Of a DNA stretch of 24,000 nucleotides, positions 1 to 9,462 are shown one piece after another; position 1 is the stretch's first letter, and every line of letters begins with the position of its first letter. The stretch is from Candidatus Protistibacter heckmannii. GTDB taxonomy: Bacteria > Pseudomonadota > Gammaproteobacteria > Burkholderiales > Burkholderiaceae. The notes under the pieces are model-generated. The model made no database searches. It was not told the origin of the DNA and saw only the letters and a program-made list of their open reading frames with translations. The position numbers and the translations under genes are program-made. The DNA lies in assembly GCA_025050535.1 (NCBI GenBank), contig JALBVF010000002.1, positions 1 through 24,000 of the forward strand, read 5' to 3'.

Positions 1-190
1 CTACAGCCCGGAGCTCAATCCGGATGAGCGACTCAACGCCGACCTGAAACATGTCATCAGAACACGAGTCCCCGTCAGAACAAAGGCCAAATTACACGCC
101 GCAGCAAAGAACCACATGGCGTTCATCGAAACCCATTCCGAACGCGTGAAATCCTACTTCCAGGATCCCCGCGTCAAATACGCCGCATGA
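1..190 (+). mobile_element. IS630-family transposase, C-terminal fragment (cut by window edge)
   Basis: Frame starting at base 2 reads YSPELNPDERLNADLKHVIRTRVPVRTKAKLHAAAKNHMAFIETHSERVKSYFQDPRVKYAA* (TGA 188-190). The YSPELNP(D/I)E motif and tail match the DDE domain C-terminus of IS630 transposases. Confidence 0.85.
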
Positions 191-375
191 AAACTTCTTC
201 CTGCCGGATCAATAAGTATTCTCCGGTTTCGCGATTTCTAACATATTAAATAATTGACCCATCCGCTGGAATGACTGGCCTTTTCCGGCAGTGCGGCATA
301 GGGCTAACCCGGTTGCCGGGGTGCGGCCCGGTTTCTACACTGCGCGCATTAACCGACCGGGTGATCGGTGAATTG

Positions 376-392
376 GCCGGCGCTTCGCCGGC
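376..392. other. Small perfect hairpin in the livK leader (GCCGGCG-CTT-CGCCGGC)
   Basis: 7-bp perfect inverted repeat with a 3-nt loop, about 30 nt upstream of the livK ATG. Confidence 0.4.
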
Positions 393-423
393 AGTCCACA
401 GAACACTGAGCAGGAGACTGAGC

Positions 424-1591
424 ATGTTGAGAGAGAAGTTTTCCCGGCTGGCGCTGGGTTTGGCCGCCATCGGCATGATGGCGGCCTCGGGCGCCGCCCA
501 GGCGCAGATCAAGGTGGGCGTGACAGTGTTCGCCACCGGCCCCGCGGCCTCGCTGGGCATCCCTGAAAAGAATTCGATTTCCCTGCTTGCCCAAGACCAT
601 CGGCGGCAAGTCGGTGGAGTACATCGTGCTGGACGACGCGTCCGACACGACCACCGCCGTCAAGAACAGCTGCAAGCTGATTTCCGAGGACAAGGTCGAC
701 GTGATCATCAGCTCCTCGGTGACGCCCAACGCGCAGGCCATGATCGGCGCCGAAGCCGAGACGCCGATCATCACCCTGCCCGCATCGGCCCGCATCATCG
801 AGCCGATGGACGCCAAGCGCCACTGGATGTTCAAGGTTCCACAGAACGATTCGCTGATGGCCTCGGCGATCGCCTCGCACATGGCGGACAATAGAGTGAA
901 GACTGTGGCCTTCATCGGCTTCAACGACGCCTACGGCCAGGGCTGGGTGGAAGAGTTCGCCAAGTTCGCCGCGATCAAGAAGATCACCATCGTCGCCAAC
1001 GAGCGCTTCACCCGCACCGACGCCTCGGTGACCGGCCAGGTCCTGAAGATGATGGGCGCCAACCCCGACGCGGTTCTGATCGCCGGCTCCGGCACCCCGG
1101 CCGCACTGCCGACCAAGACGCTCAAGGAACGCGGCTACAAGAGCAAGATGTATCAGAGACCCACGTCGTCGCCAACAACGACTTCCTGCGCGTCTACAGC
1201 AAAGACTGCGAAGGCACGATGCTTCCCGCCGGCCCGCTGTTCGTGGCCGACCAGCTACCCGACAGCAACCCGGTGAAGAAGTCCGCGCTGGCCTACAAGG
1301 CCGCCTATGAGAAGGCCTACGGCGCGGGCAGCGTCGCGACCTTCGGCGGCCACGCCTGGGACGCTGGCCAGCTACTGGCCGCCACCGCCCCGACCGCGCT
1401 CAAGCGCGCTCAGCCCGGCACGGTGGAATTCCGCCGCGCCCTGCGCGAAGCCTTTGAAGCCACCAAAAACCTGGCGGTCTCGCACGGCATCATCAACATG
1501 AGCCAGCAGGACCACCTGGGCTTCGATCAGCGCTCAGCGCGTGATAGTCGAGATCAAGGATGAAAAGTGGAAGTACGCGGTCACGAACTGA
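424..1591 (+). pseudogene. livK: Branched-chain amino acid ABC transporter substrate-binding protein, frameshifted
   Basis: Signal-peptide-like start MLREKFSRLALGLAAIGMMAASGAAQAQIKVGVTVFATGPAASLGIPEKN. Continues in another frame as PKTIGGKSVEYIVLDDASDTTTAVKN..., then in another as THVVANNDFLRVYSKDCEGTMLPAGPLFVADQLPDSNPVKK..., and ends QRVIVEIKDEKWKYAVTN*. Apparent indels near 585, 1156 and 1533. Confidence 0.85.
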
Positions 1592-1690
1592 CCGGACGTC
1601 AGACTGACAGCCGATTTAATTATAAACCATAATTAATTAGACAGGCGCGAGTGTTTATCATGACGCTCGCGCTTTTTTCAGGTCTGAGCT

Positions 1691-2687
1691 ATGGATTTGT
1701 CTATCTCAGCCATTCTGTCTCAGGATGGAATCACCACCGGCGCCATCTATGCCCTGCTGTCCCTGGCGCTGGTGTTTTCCGTCACCCGGGTGATCTTTAT
1801 TCCCCAGGGCGAGTTCGTCGCCTTCGGCGCGCTGACCATGGCGACGCTGCAGGCGTAGACGTTTCCGCTGACCGCGGTGCTGCTGCCGATCATGGGCCTC
1901 GCCTGCTTCGCCACCGAGGCGTATGCCGTGGCGCGCGGCCACCGCTCGCGTCCGGGCAAGGTGCTGTCCCGCGCCTTCGTGCGCTATGTGCTTCTGCCGG
2001 GGCTGGTCTGCGTGGTGTCGCTGTGGGGCGCCGACAAGAGCATCGGCATGCTCGGCCAGCTGGCGCTGACGCTGGCGATCGTGATCCCGCTCGGTCCACT
2101 GACCTACCTCCTCGTGTATCAGCCGCTGGCCAACGCCGCGGTGCTGGTGCTGCTGATCGTGTCGGTGGGCGTGCACTTTGCGCTGGTTGGCCTGGGCCTG
2201 GCGATCTTCGGCGCGGAAGGCCAGCGCACGGCGGCCTTCACCGACGCGCGCTTCGACATCGGCTCGCTGGCGATCTCGGGCCAGAGCATCGTCGAGGTGC
2301 TGGTGTCAGTGGTGCTGATCGGGCTGCTGTATCTGTATTTCGAGCGCTCGCTCTCGAGCAAGGCGCTGCGGGCCACCGCGGTGAACCGCCTGGGCGCACG
2401 CCTGGTGGGCATCGGCACGACGCAGGCCCGGCAGCCTGGCCTTCACGCTGGCGGCCGCCATGGGCACGCTGTGCGGCATCCTGATCGGCCTCAATGGCTT
2501 CGTGGGCGCGATCATCGGTGGGCTGGTGAGCTATCCGCTGGCCGCCGCCGGCGCGCTGCTCGTGGGTCTGCTCGAGCGCTACGCCTCGTTCTGGGCCAGC
2601 GCCTTCAAGGAGGTAATTGTGCTCACGCTGATTATCCCCGTGTTGCTGTGGCGTTCGCTGACCAGCACCCACGTCGACGAAGAATAA
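1691..2687 (+). pseudogene. livH: Branched-chain amino acid ABC transporter permease, in-frame TAG plus frameshift plus small deletion
   Basis: [55 protein letters not shown] then TAG (1856-1858), then TFPLTAVLLPIMG... in the same frame. Frameshift near 2415-2440, then AAMGTLCGILIG/LNGFVGAIIGGLVSYPLAAAGALLVGLLERYASFWASAFKEVIVLTLIIPVLLWRSLTSTHVDEE*. Confidence 0.85.
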
Positions 2688-2697
2688 GGGGCGAGGC

Positions 2698-4482
2698 ATG
2701 AAGCTGGGTTTCAACAAGATTGCGTTTGTCCTCTTCCTCGCCGTGCTGGTGGCGCTGCCGCTGCTGCCCACGCCGGAGTTCTGGATCACGCTGGCCAACT
2801 ACATCGGCCTGTACGCCATCGTCGCGCTCGGCCTGGTGCTGCTGACCGGCATCGGCGGCATGACTTCCTTCGGCTAGACGGCCTTCGTCGACCTGGGCTC
2901 CTACACCTCGGCCTATCTGACGCTGCAGTACTGCGTCTCGCCCTGGCTCACGGTGTTCGCCAGTCTGGCGATCACGGGTCTGGCGGCGCTGGCGATCGGC
3001 TCGATCACGATGCGCCTCTCAGGCCACTATCTGCCACTGGGCACGATCGCCTGGAGTCTGTCGCTGTTCTTCCTGTTCGGCAATCTGGAGTTCCTGGGCA
3101 AGTACGACGGCCTGAACGGAATCGCGCCGCTTTCGCTCTTCGGCTTTTCGCTCTCGGACGGCCGCGAGATGTATTACCTGATCTGGGCGGTGGTGCTGCT
3201 GGCGCTGGTGGCCTTGACCAATCTGCTCGACTCGCGGCCCGGCCGCGCGCTCAAGGGCGGCGGCGTGATGGCCGAGGTGATGAGCGTGAACACGGTGTGG
3301 ATGCACGTCGTCGTCTTCGTCTATGCCGCGCTGCTGGCAAGCCTCTCGGGCTGGCTCTACCCGCATCTGCAGCGCGCGGTGAATCCCACGCCCTTCGGCC
3401 TGAACCACGGTATCGAATACCTATTCATGGCGGTGGTCGGCGGCGCGGGCCACGTCTGGGGCGCGCTGCTGGGCTCGGCCCTGCTGACGGTGCTCAAGGA
3501 CGTGCTGCAAAGCGTGCTGCCCAAGCTGCTCGGTGCCAACGGCAACTTCGAGGTCATCGTCTTCGGCGTGATGATGGTGCTGCTGCTGCAATATGCGAGC
3601 GACGGTCTGTGGCCGCTGCTGCGCAAGTTCTTCCCGGCCGCCGCGGGCACGGACGACAAGCCGCTGTCCAAGCGCGCCAAGCCCGCGCGAGGCAGCCTGG
3701 TGCTCGAGGTGGACAAGGTATGCAATGAATTCGGCGGCCTGGTGGCGGTGAACGACATCAGCTTCAAGCTGCACGCCGGCGAGATCGTCGGCCTGATCGG
3801 CCCCAACGGCGCGGGCAAGTCCACCACCTTCAATCTGGTCACCGGCCTGCTGCCCGCAACCTCGGGCGAGGTGAAGTATCTGGGCCGCAGCATCTCCGGC
3901 CTGCCTTCGCGCACCATCGTCAGCATTGGCCTGGCGCGCACCTTCCAGCACGTGTAGATCCTGCCGACGATGAGCACGCTGGAGAAAGTCGCTATCGGCG
4001 CGCATCTGCGCACGGCTGAGGGCCAGGGCGGCGGGTTTGGCAAGAGCGGCGGCAGCGTGTTCACCAGCTCGCTGCGCCTGGACCGCGTGGACGAAGCGCG
4101 TCTGCTGCGCGAAGCGGCCTTCCAGCTCGAGCGCGTTGGCCTGGGCGAGCTGATTCACGTCGATGCCGGCAGCCTGGCCCTGGGCCAGCAGCGCATCCTC
4201 GAAATCGCCCGCACCTTGTGTGCCGACCCCGCGCTGATACTCCTGGGTGAGCCCGCCGCGGGTCTGCGCTACAAGGAGAAGAAGGCGCTCACCGAGCTGC
4301 TAGCAAGCTGTGCGGCGAGAGCGTGAGCGTGCTGCTCGTGGAACACGACATGGATTTTGTGATGAACCTGACCGACCGGCTGGTGGTGATGGAATTCGGT
4401 ACGAAGATCGCCGAGGCTGCCTGCTTAAGTGCAAAACGACCCGGCGGTGCTCGAAGCCTATCTGGGTGGAGTGGACGACTGA
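2698..4482 (+). pseudogene. Branched-chain amino acid ABC transporter permease fused in frame to ATP-binding subunit (LivM-LivG), two in-frame TAG codons plus frameshifts
   Basis: MKLGFNKIAFVLFLAVLVALPLLPTPEFWITLANYIGLYAIVALGLVLLTGIGGMTSFG-TAG(2875-2877)-TAFVDLGSYTSAYLTL... permease. Continues without a stop into LVLEVDKVCNEFGGLVAVNDISFKLHAGEIVGLIGPNGAGKSTTFN (Walker A)...GLARTFQHV-TAG(3955-3957)-ILPTMSTLEKV.... Frameshifts near 4300-4320 and 4425, ending [15 protein letters not shown]. Confidence 0.85.
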
Positions 4483-4483
4483 C

Positions 4484-5237
4484 ATGGCAACGATTCTCGA
4501 AGTCGACAACCTGCATGTGGGCTACGGCAAGGTCGAAGTCCTGCACGGCGCCAGAATCAAGATGGATGAGGGCAGCATCGTCACGGTGATCGGCCCCAAC
4601 GGCGCGCGGGCAAGTCCACGCTGCTCAACGCTCTGATGGGCGCGCTGCCGGTGACGGGCGTGGTCAGCCACGGCAACCTCGCGCAGAAGGCCGGCGGCGG
4701 CATCCGCTTCCAGGGCCTCGACGCCGATGAGTGCGTGGCGCAGGGCATGTGCCTCGTGCCGGAAAAGCGCGAGCTCTTCGCCTCGATGAGCGTGGAGGAC
4801 AATCTGCAGCTCGGCGCCGGGCGCCGCAAGAAGGCTGGCGAGCGCAACTACATGGACCAGCTCGACGTGGTCTATCAGATCTCCCGCACCTGAAAGAACG
4901 CGCGGTGCAGGTGGTGGGCACGCTCTCGGGCGGCGAGCGCCAGATGCTGGCCGTGGGCCGCGCGCTGATGGCCAAGCCGAAGCTGCTGATGCTCGACGAG
5001 CCCAGCCTGGGCCTGGCACCGTTGATCACCAAGGAAATCTTCCACATCATCTCGGGCATGCGCGACATCGGCGTGTCCACGCTGCTGATCGAGCAGAACG
5101 CCCGCGCCGCTCTGCACGTCGCCGACACCGGCTACGTGCTGGAGACCGGCGAACTCGTGCTCGATGGCAAGGCCTCGGATCTGGCGAGCAATCCGCTTGT
5201 GATCGAGTCCTACCTGGGTCTGACCAAGGGGCATTGA
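4484..5237 (+). pseudogene. livF: Branched-chain amino acid ABC transporter ATP-binding protein, frameshifted
   Basis: [41 protein letters not shown] then a 2-nt insertion inside Walker A (near 4605). Continues ALPVTGVVSHGNLAQKAGGGIRF...; frameshift near 4883; then LKERAVQVVGTLSGGERQMLAVGRALMAKPKLLMLDEPSLGLAPL...YLGLTKGH*. Confidence 0.85.
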
Positions 5238-5323
5238 CCGATCGGGGGCGGCTGGACCTTCCCGCCGCCGTCCGCCTGGGCGCCACCTGTCCGTGACACG
5301 CCCTTTCTCGTTCGCCAGGAGAA

Positions 5324-6065
5324 CTAAACCTCCTTTCTCTTGCAATCCGGCGCGGCGGCCGCGAAGTAGTCCTGCATGTAGTGGATGTTCTTCACCGAAT
5401 ATCAGCCGCAGCTCTTGCGCGTGCCCGACAGCAGGTCGGGCACGCGCATGAAGGTCTCGCAGAACCATCCCCGGCCCCACATGATTTCCGCGTCTTCATG
5501 GACTGCGCCGCAGAGGTGGCTGATTTTTTGGTGGATGGTGCCCTTGTTGGCGATGGCGATCGCCGAGCGGTTGCAGACCGAGGCGATGCCGTTGGCCGTG
5601 GTGAAGCGGGACGTCGCCGCCATCGGGTGGAAGCGCAGCTCGCCGGCGATGAGCGGCATCGCGTGTTTGACGAGGACCACGAATTTCTCGTTCTTGGTCT
5701 GCCAGCGGGCGGTCTGCGGATCCTGGCTCAGGTGGAAGCGGTCGTTGATCTTGGCCGCCCAGGCGTCTCTGGCTTGCGCCGCCGTGTGGTGAGCCCGGTA
5801 GTCGAATTCCGTTAGGCCGGACTGGTTCTCGGCGAGCTCCAGGCGGACCGAATCGAAATGCGCACCGAAGAAGGTCCGGAAGTTGGCGAGCCATCCATCG
5901 AGGAGCTGGGTTTCGACCTATTTTCGGTGGTTCAGGCAGGACTGCATCACGGCCAGGGATGTGGCCTGACGCATGCATTCGGGGATGTAGTAGAGGTCGT
6001 CGTGGAGGAGGACGAGGAGGCAGAATTCTCTCGGGCAGGCGGGGCGGCGATTGAGGTCGGCGCCG
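5324..6065 (-). pseudogene. Decayed protein-coding gene of unrecognised family (start uncertain)
   Basis: One minus-strand frame reads ...GADLNRRPACPREFCLLVLLHDDLYYIPECMRQATSLAVMQSCLNHRK[TAG 5918-5920]VETQLLDGWLANFRTFFGAHFDSVRLELAENQSGLTEFDYRAHHTAAQARDAWAAKINDRFHLSQDPQTARWQTKNEKFVVLVKHAMPLIAGELRFHPMAATSRFTTANGIASVCNRSAIAIANKGTIHQKISHLCGAVHEDAEIMWGRGWFCETFMRVPDLLSGTRKSCG[TGA 5402-5404]YSVKNIHYMQDYFAAAAPDCKRKEV*. Residue composition looks like real protein, and neighbouring frames do not. Confidence 0.55.
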
Positions 6066-6450
6066 ATCCGGCGTGATTTCGCGGCCGGAAGAGGCAGGGT
6101 GGGCGCGGGGATGTCCGAGGCCTTCGGCGGGCGCCTGGCATGGCGTTTTTTGTGGGCGGGGTGTCCGGCCGTGGCCTGCGGGCCGGCATGTTCCACCACG
6201 GCCCGCGCGGGCATGGTGAGGTGGACTGGAGCTTGGGCTGGCAGGAGCGGCAGAATGGCGTTGCTGGTGAAGGCAAGGGGATGAAGCGGCATGGTGGATT
6301 TCCTCCGGTGTGTGTTTGGAGGGGTGGGGAGTGTGGTGGGGGGGCTGAGTTGCCTTACGCATGGGTGGAGTTCGGCTGTCAGACTGACGAGACAGGCTGA
6401 CGAGGCGGGCAGACTGAACCGGTCGGGCCGAAACCTCGGGCCGGGCTGTC

Positions 6451-6466
6451 TGTTTCACGTGAAACA
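6451..6466. promoter_or_regulatory. parS centromere site, exact TGTTTCACGTGAAACA
   Basis: Exact 16-bp palindrome identical to the well-known chromosomal parS consensus; parA and parB lie about 3 kb downstream. Confidence 0.95.
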
Positions 6467-6469
6467 TGC

Positions 6470-6499
6470 TTGGGGCAAAACCTGCAATGCCGATATAAT
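6470..6499 (+). promoter_or_regulatory. Candidate sigma70 promoter for mnmG (TTGGGG - 18 nt - TATAAT)
   Basis: TTGGGG at 6470-6475, TATAAT at 6494-6499, upstream of the mnmG start at 6523/6535. Confidence 0.55.
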
Positions 6500-6522
6500 C
6501 GCGCCTTCATTCCATTCCTCCC

Positions 6523-8451
6523 TTGGGGTTTGCGGTGCTTTTTCCGACCGAATTCGATGTGATCGTGGTGGGCGGCGGCCATGCCGGCGCCGAGGCCGCC
6601 TTGGCCTCGGCGCGCATGGGAGCCCGCACTCTGCTGTTGACCCACAATATCGAGACCCTGGGGCAGATGAGCTGCAACCCCTCCATCGGCGGCATCGGCA
6701 AGGGCCACCTGGTCAAGGAAATTGACGCCCTCGGCGGGTCCATGGCCGCAGCCACGGACGAGGGCGGCATCCAGTTCCGCATTCTCAATTCCAGCAAGGG
6801 CCCGGCTGTGCGCGCCACCCGCGCCCAGGCGGACCGCGTGCTATACAAGGCCGCCATCCGCCGCCGGCTGGAAAATCAGCCCAATCTCAGGCTGTTCCAG
6901 CAGGCAGTGGACGACTTGATGGTGGAAGGTGGCCGCGTCTGCGGCGCCGTCACGCAGGCCGGCCTGCGTTTCCGCAGTCGCGCGGTGGTGCTGACGGCGG
7001 GGACCTTCCTCGACGGCAAGATCCACGTCGGCTTGAACAACTATGTCGGCGGCCGCGCGGGCGACCCGGCGGCGGTGACGCTGTCGGCCCGGCTCAAGGA
7101 GCTGAAGCTGCCGCAAGGGCGGCTCAAGACCGGCACGCCGCCGCGCCTGGACGGCCGGACCATCAATTTTTCGCTGCTCGAGGAGCAGCCGGGCGACCTG
7201 GACCCGGTGCCGGTGTTCTCCTTCCTGGGCAACGCGAGCCAGCATCCGTGTCAGCTTCCCTGCTGGATCACCCACACCAACAGCCGCACCCACGACATCA
7301 TCCGTGGCGGCCTCGACCGTTCGCCCACGTACACCGGGGTGATCGAAGGGGTGGGGCCGCGCTATTGCCCGTCGATCGAGGACAAGATCCACCGCTTCGC
7401 CGATAAGGAAAGCCACCGGATTTATCTGGAGCCGGAGGGTCTGGACACTCACGAGTTCTACCCGAACGGCATCTCCACCAGTCTGCCTTTCGACGTGCAG
7501 CTGGACCTGGTCCAGAGCATGCGCGGGCTGGAAAACGCCCATATCCTGCGGCCCGGCTATGCCATCGAATACGATTATTTTGACCCGCGCGGCCTGTCCG
7601 CTTCGTTGGAAACCAAGGCGATCGAGAGTCTGTTCTTCGCCGGCCAGATCAACGGCACGACCGGCTACGAAGAGGCCGGCGCCCAGGGCCTGCTGGCTGG
7701 GGCGAACGCCGCGCTCAAGGTTGGCGGCCGTGAGCCTTGGTATCCGGGCCGGGAGCAGACCTACCTCGGCGTGATGGTCGATGATCTGGTCACCCGTGGC
7801 GTGATGGAGCCTTACCGCATGTTCACAAGCCGGGCCGAGTACCGCCTGAGCCTGCGCGAGGACAACGCCGACCTGCGCCTGACCGAGGCCGGCCGCAAGT
7901 TGGGCCTGGTGGACGACGTCCGCTGGGAGGCGTTCTGCCGCAAGCGCGACGCTGTTTCACGTGAAACCGAGCGCCTGAAGTCGACCTGGGTGAACCCGGA
8001 AAGCTTCCCAGCCGAGGCGGCGGAGGCCGCCATCGGCAAAGCGATCGAGCGGGAATACAGCCTTGCCGACCTGCTGCGTCGCCCGAACGTGAAGTACGAG
8101 ATGCTGCTGGAGATGCAGGACGGCGCCCATGCGCCGGCGCTGCCTTTCGACGCCGACCCAGTGCAGGATGCGCAGATCCGCGAGCAGATTGAGATCCAGA
8201 TCAAGTACCAAGGCTATATCGACCGGCAGGCCGACGAGATCGCCCGGCAGGCCGCCCACGAGAAGACGAAGCTGCCGGCCAGCCTGGATTACCTGGAGGT
8301 GCGCGGCCTGTCTAAGGAAGTGCAGCAAAAGCTGAATTCCCATAAGCCGGAAACCCTGGGCCAGGCCTCTCGCATCTCGGGCGTGACCCCGGCGGCAATC
8401 TCCCTGCTGATGGTGCATCTGAAAAAAGGCCTCGGCCACAAGGCCGCCTGA
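6523..8451 (+). CDS. mnmG: tRNA uridine-5-carboxymethylaminomethyl(34) synthesis enzyme MnmG (start TTG 6523 or GTG 6535)
   Basis: [62 protein letters not shown]...; full-length, about 640 aa. Confidence 0.97.
   Translation: MGFAVLFPTEFDVIVVGGGHAGAEAALASARMGARTLLLTHNIETLGQMSCNPSIGGIGKGHLVKEIDALGGSMAAATDEGGIQFRILNSSKGPAVRATRAQADRVLYKAAIRRRLENQPNLRLFQQAVDDLMVEGGRVCGAVTQAGLRFRSRAVVLTAGTFLDGKIHVGLNNYVGGRAGDPAAVTLSARLKELKLPQGRLKTGTPPRLDGRTINFSLLEEQPGDLDPVPVFSFLGNASQHPCQLPCWITHTNSRTHDIIRGGLDRSPTYTGVIEGVGPRYCPSIEDKIHRFADKESHRIYLEPEGLDTHEFYPNGISTSLPFDVQLDLVQSMRGLENAHILRPGYAIEYDYFDPRGLSASLETKAIESLFFAGQINGTTGYEEAGAQGLLAGANAALKVGGREPWYPGREQTYLGVMVDDLVTRGVMEPYRMFTSRAEYRLSLREDNADLRLTEAGRKLGLVDDVRWEAFCRKRDAVSRETERLKSTWVNPESFPAEAAEAAIGKAIEREYSLADLLRRPNVKYEMLLEMQDGAHAPALPFDADPVQDAQIREQIEIQIKYQGYIDRQADEIARQAAHEKTKLPASLDYLEVRGLSKEVQQKLNSHKPETLGQASRISGVTPAAISLLMVHLKKGLGHKAA
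7953..7968. promoter_or_regulatory. parS-like site within mnmG, TGTTTCACGTGAAACC (15/16 match)
   Basis: Only the last base deviates from the palindromic consensus; encodes part of [11 protein letters not shown] in MnmG. Confidence 0.8.
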
Positions 8452-8452
8452 G

Positions 8453-9235
8453 ATGGGCGCGGATTTGCAGTCCGAATCGCGTTTCGGCCAGCCCGCCGGC
8501 GTGGCCGTCGAGGCTTCTGCGCATGCCGGGCCCGCTCTCGTGGCGGACCCCGCGGACGACCCCGCTGCCGCGCTCGCCGAGGGTCTGGAACGGATCGGCC
8601 TGGTCTTGAGCGCCCAGCAGCAGACCCGGCTGCTCGACTATCTGCGGCTTCTCCAGAAGTGGAACAAGGTCTACAACCTGACTGCAGTGCGCGAGCCGGG
8701 GCAGATGCTGGTTCGCCATGTGCTGGACTCGCTCGCGGCGCTGCCGCCGGTGCGCGCGCGCATGGCCGGTCTGCAGCAGACCCTGGCGGGGCTGCGCGGC
8801 GGACGCCGGCCGAGCGTGGCCGACGTGGGCACGGGCGGCGGACTGCCCGGCATCCCCTGGGCGATCGCCTGCCCGGAATGGAATCTGACGCTGATCGACA
8901 CCGCGCAGAAGAAGACAGCCTTTCTGATCCAAGTGAAGGCGGCGCTGCAGCTAGAAAACGTGACGGTGCACGCGGGCCGGATGGAGTCTCTGCAGGTGGC
9001 TGGCGACGGCTACGACATGGTGACCAGCCGGGCTTTCGCTGAGCTGGCCGACATGGTGGCGCTGGCCGGGCATCTGCTCGCGGCCGGCGGCGTGATGGCC
9101 GCGCTCAAGGCGCGCGAGCCGCAGGTGGAAATCGGGCGTCTGCCCACAGGTTGGGATGCGCGGGGCGTGGAAGCCCTGGCGGTGCCGGGGCTGGAGGAGG
9201 AGCGCAATCTGGTCTGGGTGGGAAGGGCGGCCTGA
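8453..9235 (+). CDS. rsmG: 16S rRNA (guanine(527)-N(7))-methyltransferase RsmG
   Basis: LDYLRLLQKWNKVYNLTAVREPGQMLVRHVLDSLA...VADVGTGGGLPGIPWAI...; located directly after mnmG as is typical. Confidence 0.95.
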   Translation: MGADLQSESRFGQPAGVAVEASAHAGPALVADPADDPAAALAEGLERIGLVLSAQQQTRLLDYLRLLQKWNKVYNLTAVREPGQMLVRHVLDSLAALPPVRARMAGLQQTLAGLRGGRRPSVADVGTGGGLPGIPWAIACPEWNLTLIDTAQKKTAFLIQVKAALQLENVTVHAGRMESLQVAGDGYDMVTSRAFAELADMVALAGHLLAAGGVMAALKAREPQVEIGRLPTGWDARGVEALAVPGLEEERNLVWVGRAA

Positions 9236-9462
9236 GCCAAAGCGATTCTGGCGCCGCTTGCGTCAAGGTCCGATGACGGCTCGGGACCCGGGCGGCGGGT
9301 GTGGGCATGGTCCCCGGCCGGCGGATTGCAGGCGGGTGGAGAGCGGAACGACAACAGAGAATCCCGCCGCAAATGAGGCGTGCGAATGAAGCTGGCGAAC
9401 AGGCGAGTGAGCACGCGGCGCGATGGCTGGGCAGGCCACGCGCGGATTGGAGAAAAGGAAGC

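Noticed and set aside
1856-5920. Stop-codon reassignment or programmed recoding as the main explanation of the interrupted genes
   Set aside because: Multiple frameshifts and deletions co-occur in the same genes, and the nearby housekeeping genes terminate normally, so pseudogene decay is simpler. Kept only as something to test.
5496-6467. Minus-strand ORF beginning MFHVKQ and running through the livF-mnmG gap
   Set aside because: Its start overlaps the parS palindrome and its translation is Pro/His/Arg-rich; the overlapping frame with two stops looks more like genuine protein.
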